From assembly GCA_041747555.1 (NCBI GenBank), contig JBGTEY010000003.1, positions 19,127-83,126 of the forward strand: a stretch of 64,000 bases of DNA, written 5' to 3'. The DNA comes from Patescibacteria group bacterium. Lineage in GTDB: Bacteria; Patescibacteriota; Microgenomatia; UBA1400; PJMF01. Positions 60,201 to 64,000 of this stretch are shown in pieces (position 1 is the first letter of the stretch; each line of letters begins with the position of its first letter). Below the pieces are notes generated by a model that was not told the origin of the DNA, searched no databases, and saw nothing but the letters and a program-made list of their open reading frames with translations. A program made the translations under genes and the position numbers.

Positions 60201-60258
60201 TATATTTGATACATCGGATAATACGCATATTTTTGTTGGTGCACAATTCGCTCAATAG
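57208..60258 (+). CDS. DUF4012-domain membrane protein with large cytoplasmic N-region
   Basis: TM near residue 410-435; LLQNNQELRPTGGFI, RDSNWDPDFPT, NIGVNKAN, KQPG; TAAAAT 6 nt before GTG. Confidence 0.82.
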   Translation: MTKQLITELTQDEPLVVVIGENSGLRDQLLVDIQGAHVQSQTLLPEFIPKNHSMLLSAYKIVWILSPTTSVSEIEQIGSLLKLAQERLVVVMPILHPFVVENSVGFEEFHKETQLQEQQIRACNKVLSDSFFIFGLELLGSRVGRSVIPHLVGVLSTRQLVFNPKLQIGVLSEEIFSRQIVTHMFRPGAKQSILVGAFEANTTTSLDEIANHYQSYHQKPVRIEVLATTQEKIIPFTVKKISVATSSEALSSFTRSLPSPQDEKNTPVVLAKSDEKTEGVSSSTPSVPNVTIATPVITSPNSPTLPQVKSDSLKVPSQESHSLEEILNTKRPTSRPFQAKSNKIELSQEDKTIQRSPAQTSNSTISKEDLTREVQQIFGAQRVEKKTSRIQSVAKKEGKQVKKSKRRTVLFYGGVFVFGVGLGILALIGLFFGSQWHLKNTLISVIEAQGQQREATSDEWVSVERATKIVAFQTESYGVLFDSELLSNSTTLLTFSNNLFATRDLHTRVESNAKQAFLGVFGGTTSNTGLLAENIATEARKTYENISQIQATLEQIELTSSTETQLAAIEEFEKQIVSLRKSLAVQQQFLPIVGWLSGEQGKKTYAVLLQNNQELRPTGGFIQAVALLTFQDGTLINSQVFSANDIDSRVAGLLTPPNDLTTHLGEKRWFFRDSNWDPDFPTTAATVAWFIDEALNVEIDGVVGLNNNSLASLIRAIGPIDIPEYNEVLTHQNLGELMEFHSEVVLVNQDRVEDYSTIVLKRVIQQLTSLPENKALPTMNALFSALEQHELLFTLVSDEYDSTLETLGWNGSLKHPECPPQLGNENCLVDMIAQIDTNIGVNKANYYVERTIVHDVFITKDVAQHSREIVIENTADSSAWPKGPYQAYIRFYASSNAQLDSLTINGISVADEVITQRDEHGFRLIGTTIEVPIQSEIILSLKYHVPITLEDASSFAYALFEQKQPGWQKSAVVTRISHDPSITPVLIAPQASVSGDQIIFDTSDNTHIFVGAQFAQ

Positions 60259-60308
60259 TACTCTTAAAATAAGTGTACTTCCCTCCCCCTTCTCAATTGA
60301 AACGTTAA

Positions 60309-60436
60309 TGGTATAATTTCCGTTCTACACACATGGGGTAAACCCTCCAGTGTAGTCCGTAAAATAATGATGAGCAATAAGTAAGAGTCACTTATTGATA
60401 ACTCACAAAACTGTGTTATAAACCGAATCTTACATC
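60309..60436 (+). promoter_or_regulatory. rplY promoter and structured 5' leader
   Basis: TGg-TATAAT (60309-60317); hairpins CTACAC(60325)/GTGTAG(60350) and CAATAAGT(60375)/ACTTATTG(60390). Confidence 0.55.
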
Positions 60437-61144
60437 ATGAAAAGCACCGATAAATCAAGCCACTTCCACGTAGTTGAGAAAAACAACCCTAACAATAACG
60501 CACTCCGTGCTCAAGGGTTAATTCCAGGAAATATTTTTGGCCTAAAAAAACCCTCTATATCCGTCCAATTTGATTTGAAGGCATTTAATAAAATGTATGA
60601 GAGTGCTGGAGACAGTAGTCTTGTATATGTTGCCGTCGAGGGAACGAAAGACTCCTATCCGGTGCTGATTGACGAAGTTCAGTATCATCCAGTTACAGAA
60701 GCTCCTTTACATGTCACATTTCGTCGAGTGAACTTGGCAGAGAAGATTACTGCAGAAGTCTCAATCGAGTTTGAGGGAGAAATCGACATCCCACAAGCCA
60801 CCCTCGTCATTGTGCGAGACTCAATTGAAGTAGAGGCACTTCCAGCTGACCTTCCAGAATCATTTAAGATTGATGTATCAACATTAACTGAAGTAGGGCA
60901 GAGCATTGTTGTTTCAGCACTAAGCTTTGATAAGAGTAAGGTTACACTGATGCTTGGTGAAGACCAGGATCCAGAAGAAACTCCACTTGTTATCGTTCAG
61001 GAAGTTAAAGAAGAGGTTGTTGAAGAATCTGATGATGAGCTCTCGACAGAAGATGGTGAAGGCGCTACAGGACAGACTGATAGTGAGACACCAGCTGAAG
61101 AAGGTCAAGAGTCCTCTGAAGAATCATCAAAATCTGACGATTAA
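60437..61144 (+). CDS. rplY: 50S ribosomal protein L25/Ctc (long form, acidic tail)
   Basis: LRAQGLIPGNIFG, VQYHPVT..PLHVTF, IEVEALPADLPESFKIDVS. Confidence 0.93.
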   Translation: MKSTDKSSHFHVVEKNNPNNNALRAQGLIPGNIFGLKKPSISVQFDLKAFNKMYESAGDSSLVYVAVEGTKDSYPVLIDEVQYHPVTEAPLHVTFRRVNLAEKITAEVSIEFEGEIDIPQATLVIVRDSIEVEALPADLPESFKIDVSTLTEVGQSIVVSALSFDKSKVTLMLGEDQDPEETPLVIVQEVKEEVVEESDDELSTEDGEGATGQTDSETPAEEGQESSEESSKSDD

Positions 61145-61178
61145 ATTCTTTCAAAAAAATTTTTATAATCAAGAAAAA

Positions 61179-61616
61179 CTACTCTGAAAAGATCGGGTGG
61201 TTTGGGTCGAGCTCTCGAGCAGCATTCCAGTAAGGTGTCGCACTGCTTTTTTCTCCAAGTGCGTCGTAGAGGAGTGCAATATTTATGAGAACGTCTCTAT
61301 TATGAGGTTGATATTCTTCGATGAGCAGTAATGACTCTAATTCTTGCTGTGCCTGAGCTTTAGTTAGGCTTGTTTTCTCAAGATCGATTGTATATTCAAT
61401 ATTATTAGTTATCTCTTCTTCTAGAGAAACTTGAGGTTGAGTATAGATCTGCGCTAGCCAAGAGAGTGCTACTACCGCAATTACGAGTAAAATGGCGAGT
61501 GTTACTCGATACTTCCACATTTTTTGAATTCCATAATCAAATGCAAAAACACTACTGTACCAGGCGAGACTAATCGCAAGTCGAGTAGAAAAGAGTAGTG
61601 ACTGTAGGGCGTGCAT
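61179..61616 (-). CDS. Membrane-anchored TPR-like protein
   Basis: TM helix then QPHNRDVLINIALLY..LG..A..YWNAARELDPN; ATG 61616 with GATAAT 6 nt upstream. Confidence 0.7.
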   Translation of the reverse strand: MHALQSLLFSTRLAISLAWYSSVFAFDYGIQKMWKYRVTLAILLVIAVVALSWLAQIYTQPQVSLEEEITNNIEYTIDLEKTSLTKAQAQQELESLLLIEEYQPHNRDVLINIALLYDALGEKSSATPYWNAARELDPNHPIFSE

Positions 61617-61675
61617 GGCGCCATTATCCTCAGTAATCGAGGGTGTGTAAAGGCGGGTTATAAAAAAATGTGTGT

Positions 61676-63976
61676 TTAAGCGAAATCGGTAGTTTTTGGC
61701 CAATCACTTGTGATTAAAAGTGGTTCAGTGACGATGTCATTTTTATAGAATTCTTGCCAAATTGCCTCGGTGACAAATGGCATATAAGGGTGGAATAACT
61801 TGAGGAAAGTTACCATTCCTTGTTCTAGATTTTCTTGAGATAAGCCGTCGTTTTTGGCGTCTTCTATACAAACATCGCAGAACCAGTGCCAAAACTGAGA
61901 ATAGAGCATATCTGCAGAGTAACCGATGTTCAATTTATCGAGTTGAAGGGTGATATTCTCAACATTCTCCCTAAGTTGTTTTTTGAAATGTTTTTCTTGG
62001 CCTTTTTGATAGGTGATTTTGCCGGAGGCAATAGGTTCTGTCTTGAGGCGCTCCTTATTCATGAGTGTAAATCTCGCCGCATTCCACAATTTATTGGTTA
62101 AATGCTTCATTCCTTTAAAATCGCGATTCCCAACTGATTTATCTTGTCCAGCAGTAGATCGGATGACGAGGGCCATTCGTAATGCATCAGTACCAAATTC
62201 CTTAGTTACTTCGAGTGGATCAATTGAGTTTCCTTTTGACTTGCTCATTTTTTGACCTTTTTCGTCTCGGACTAGGCCGTGTAAGTAGACGTGCGCGAAG
62301 GGTGTTTCGCCAGCTTTATAGAGCCCAAGAAGCATCATTCTCATTACCCAAAATGGGAGAATGTCGTACCCAGTTTCCATGACTGAGGTGGGGTAGAATC
62401 GCTTGAAATCGCCTTTTTTGTTCGTCTTTAGGGTCACAAACGGCCATTGAGCGGAGGAGAACCAAGTATCAAATGTGTCTGTTTCTGGAATCCAGTTTTT
62501 GGTTGTTTTTGACGCTGATTTTGCTGGCTTTTCACGTGAAAGAATATATGGCACGTCTGGTTCTGCGGTGATTTGTTGCAAACCGTCGATGATTTCTTCG
62601 AGCTTGTGTTCTTTGAGAAGTTCAGAAAGTATGCCATTTATATACTGCTTCTTTTTTGACAAAAATCCGGCAGTAATTTTATCTTCATTTCCATCAATTT
62701 CATACCAAACGGGAATTGTAATACCCCATACAATTTGTCTTGAAATATTCCAGTCTCTCAAGTTGTTGAGCCAGTGATTGAGAACGGTGGTGTATCCCGC
62801 GCCCAGAATAACGGTCTTCTGATCTTCTACGACTTTGAGTGCTTGTTCTACTAAATTATTTTTTGTATGACGAACTGATAAGAAAAACTGAGGTAAGGGA
62901 AGTGGTTCAATTATGCGTCCACAGCGGTAGCAGGTGTCTACTGGAGTGTTGTACTTGGTTTCGATTTTTTCTATTAGATTTTTTTCTTCTAAATCTTTAA
63001 CGACTTGTTCCCGAGCTTGAAGAACGGTAAAACCTGCGTATTTGCCCCCTATATCCATTATTTTACCTTGTCGATTGATGCCTTGGATGATAGGAAGATC
63101 ATGTTTTTTGGCCACTATAAAGTCATTAAAATCATGTGCTGGGGTGAGTTTCACAATACCGGTACCAAATTCAGGTTCCACGAATTCATCGGCAATTATC
63201 TCCATTTCTGCACCCGTGAGAGGATTGAGGGCTTTTTTGCCGATCAGCTTTTTGGTTTTTTTGTCTTTGGGGTGAACAGCAATGTGAGTGTCTAGAAAAA
63301 TTGGCTCGGGTCTCGTGGTGGCAATTGTTATGAACGTTTTGGGATCACTGGCGAGTGGGTATTTTACATAGTACAGCTTAACGTTCTGATCAACTTTATC
63401 TACTTCAAGCTCTGAATAGCTGGTGCCGCATTTTGTACAGTAGTTGACGAGTTGGACATCGCGATAGATGAGTCCATCGTTGTGCAGCTCTGTAAAAGTC
63501 TCTAAAACTTCATCAACAATTTCTGGATCAAGGGTGAATTTGAAGCGACTCCAGTCGGCACTAGCTCCGAGTTTCTTAATTTGATCAACGGCTATGCCGG
63601 AATTTTCTTGAACATACTCCCAAATCAATTTATATAAACTATTACTGTCATAGTCAAAGCGACTCTTTTTATCTTTTCTTAATTTCTTTTCAAAGACAAA
63701 TTGAGTTTCAATACCTGCATGATCGGTGCCGGGAATCCAAACAGTGTCATCACCAAGCATGCGATGATACCGAATTAAAATATCCTCTAGACTGACAAAC
63801 GTTGCGTGACCGACGTGGAGTGGGTCATTGGCATTAGGTGGAGGCATGATGATGCTGAATGATTTTGAGCGGACAGTTCGTAATTTCTTGACAGTGTCAG
63901 GGTTAAACGCGTCGTGTTTTTCCCAGAGTTTGTAGATTTTTTCTTCGTGATTGGTGTGGTTGTAGTTGGATTCCAT
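61676..63976 (-). CDS. valS: Valine--tRNA ligase
   Basis: PPPNAN..LHVGHA (HIGH), GTDHAGIETQ, ATTRPE, GTGIVKLTPAHD, DWNISRQ, DTFDTWFSS, KMSKS. Confidence 0.97.
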   Translation of the reverse strand: MESNYNHTNHEEKIYKLWEKHDAFNPDTVKKLRTVRSKSFSIIMPPPNANDPLHVGHATFVSLEDILIRYHRMLGDDTVWIPGTDHAGIETQFVFEKKLRKDKKSRFDYDSNSLYKLIWEYVQENSGIAVDQIKKLGASADWSRFKFTLDPEIVDEVLETFTELHNDGLIYRDVQLVNYCTKCGTSYSELEVDKVDQNVKLYYVKYPLASDPKTFITIATTRPEPIFLDTHIAVHPKDKKTKKLIGKKALNPLTGAEMEIIADEFVEPEFGTGIVKLTPAHDFNDFIVAKKHDLPIIQGINRQGKIMDIGGKYAGFTVLQAREQVVKDLEEKNLIEKIETKYNTPVDTCYRCGRIIEPLPLPQFFLSVRHTKNNLVEQALKVVEDQKTVILGAGYTTVLNHWLNNLRDWNISRQIVWGITIPVWYEIDGNEDKITAGFLSKKKQYINGILSELLKEHKLEEIIDGLQQITAEPDVPYILSREKPAKSASKTTKNWIPETDTFDTWFSSAQWPFVTLKTNKKGDFKRFYPTSVMETGYDILPFWVMRMMLLGLYKAGETPFAHVYLHGLVRDEKGQKMSKSKGNSIDPLEVTKEFGTDALRMALVIRSTAGQDKSVGNRDFKGMKHLTNKLWNAARFTLMNKERLKTEPIASGKITYQKGQEKHFKKQLRENVENITLQLDKLNIGYSADMLYSQFWHWFCDVCIEDAKNDGLSQENLEQGMVTFLKLFHPYMPFVTEAIWQEFYKNDIVTEPLLITSDWPKTTDFA

Positions 63977-64000
63977 GGTTGGGTGATTATAGCACTTACC

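Noticed and set aside
1-64000. Alternative genetic code (TGA=Gly or TAG recoding)
   Set aside because: Conserved genes end at expected positions with TGA (uppS, recF) and TAG (rnhA, pth); only one in-frame TAG anomaly was seen
1-64000. CRISPR array, tRNA/rRNA genes, IS elements, prophage or ICE boundaries
   Set aside because: No repeat-spacer array, cloverleaf, transposase, integrase, relaxase or phage structural gene was recognised by eye

Overview
64 kb chromosomal segment of a bacterium using the standard genetic code. Gene content (short ValRS, ATP-dependent ligase, DUF4012, a TrbC/VirB2-like pilin array, few Shine-Dalgarno sites) points by inference to a Patescibacteria/CPR genome, probably Microgenomates-like. 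The right third holds the replication-origin locus: dnaA-oriC-dnaN-rpmH-rnpA-yidD-yidC-jag, then rnhA, DUF4012, rplY and valS. Upstream of dnaA (about 20.7-51.6 kb) lies a chromosomal, monoderm-type T4SS-like cluster with ten VirB2-like pilin paralogs, VirB6-like, PrgI, VirB4-associated and VirB4 genes, and two giant multi-domain cell-wall hydrolases. A VirD4-like coupling ATPase lies at 4-6.3 kb, and no relaxase or integrase is visible. Main observations: (1) a class-II cobalamin-riboswitch-like RNA with a terminator/anti-SD hairpin sits ahead of an unknown 632-aa gene inside the T4SS cluster; (2) a roughly 1920-codon hydrolase reading frame is broken by a single in-frame TAG; (3) all ten pilins plus two other exported proteins have an Ala|Gln processing site; (4) an archaeal-type isopentenyl phosphate kinase and uppS are inserted in the pilin array; (5) many genes show leaderless-type promoters, with a -10 box 6-9 nt before the start codon. 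All calls come from reading motifs by eye; no database searches were run.
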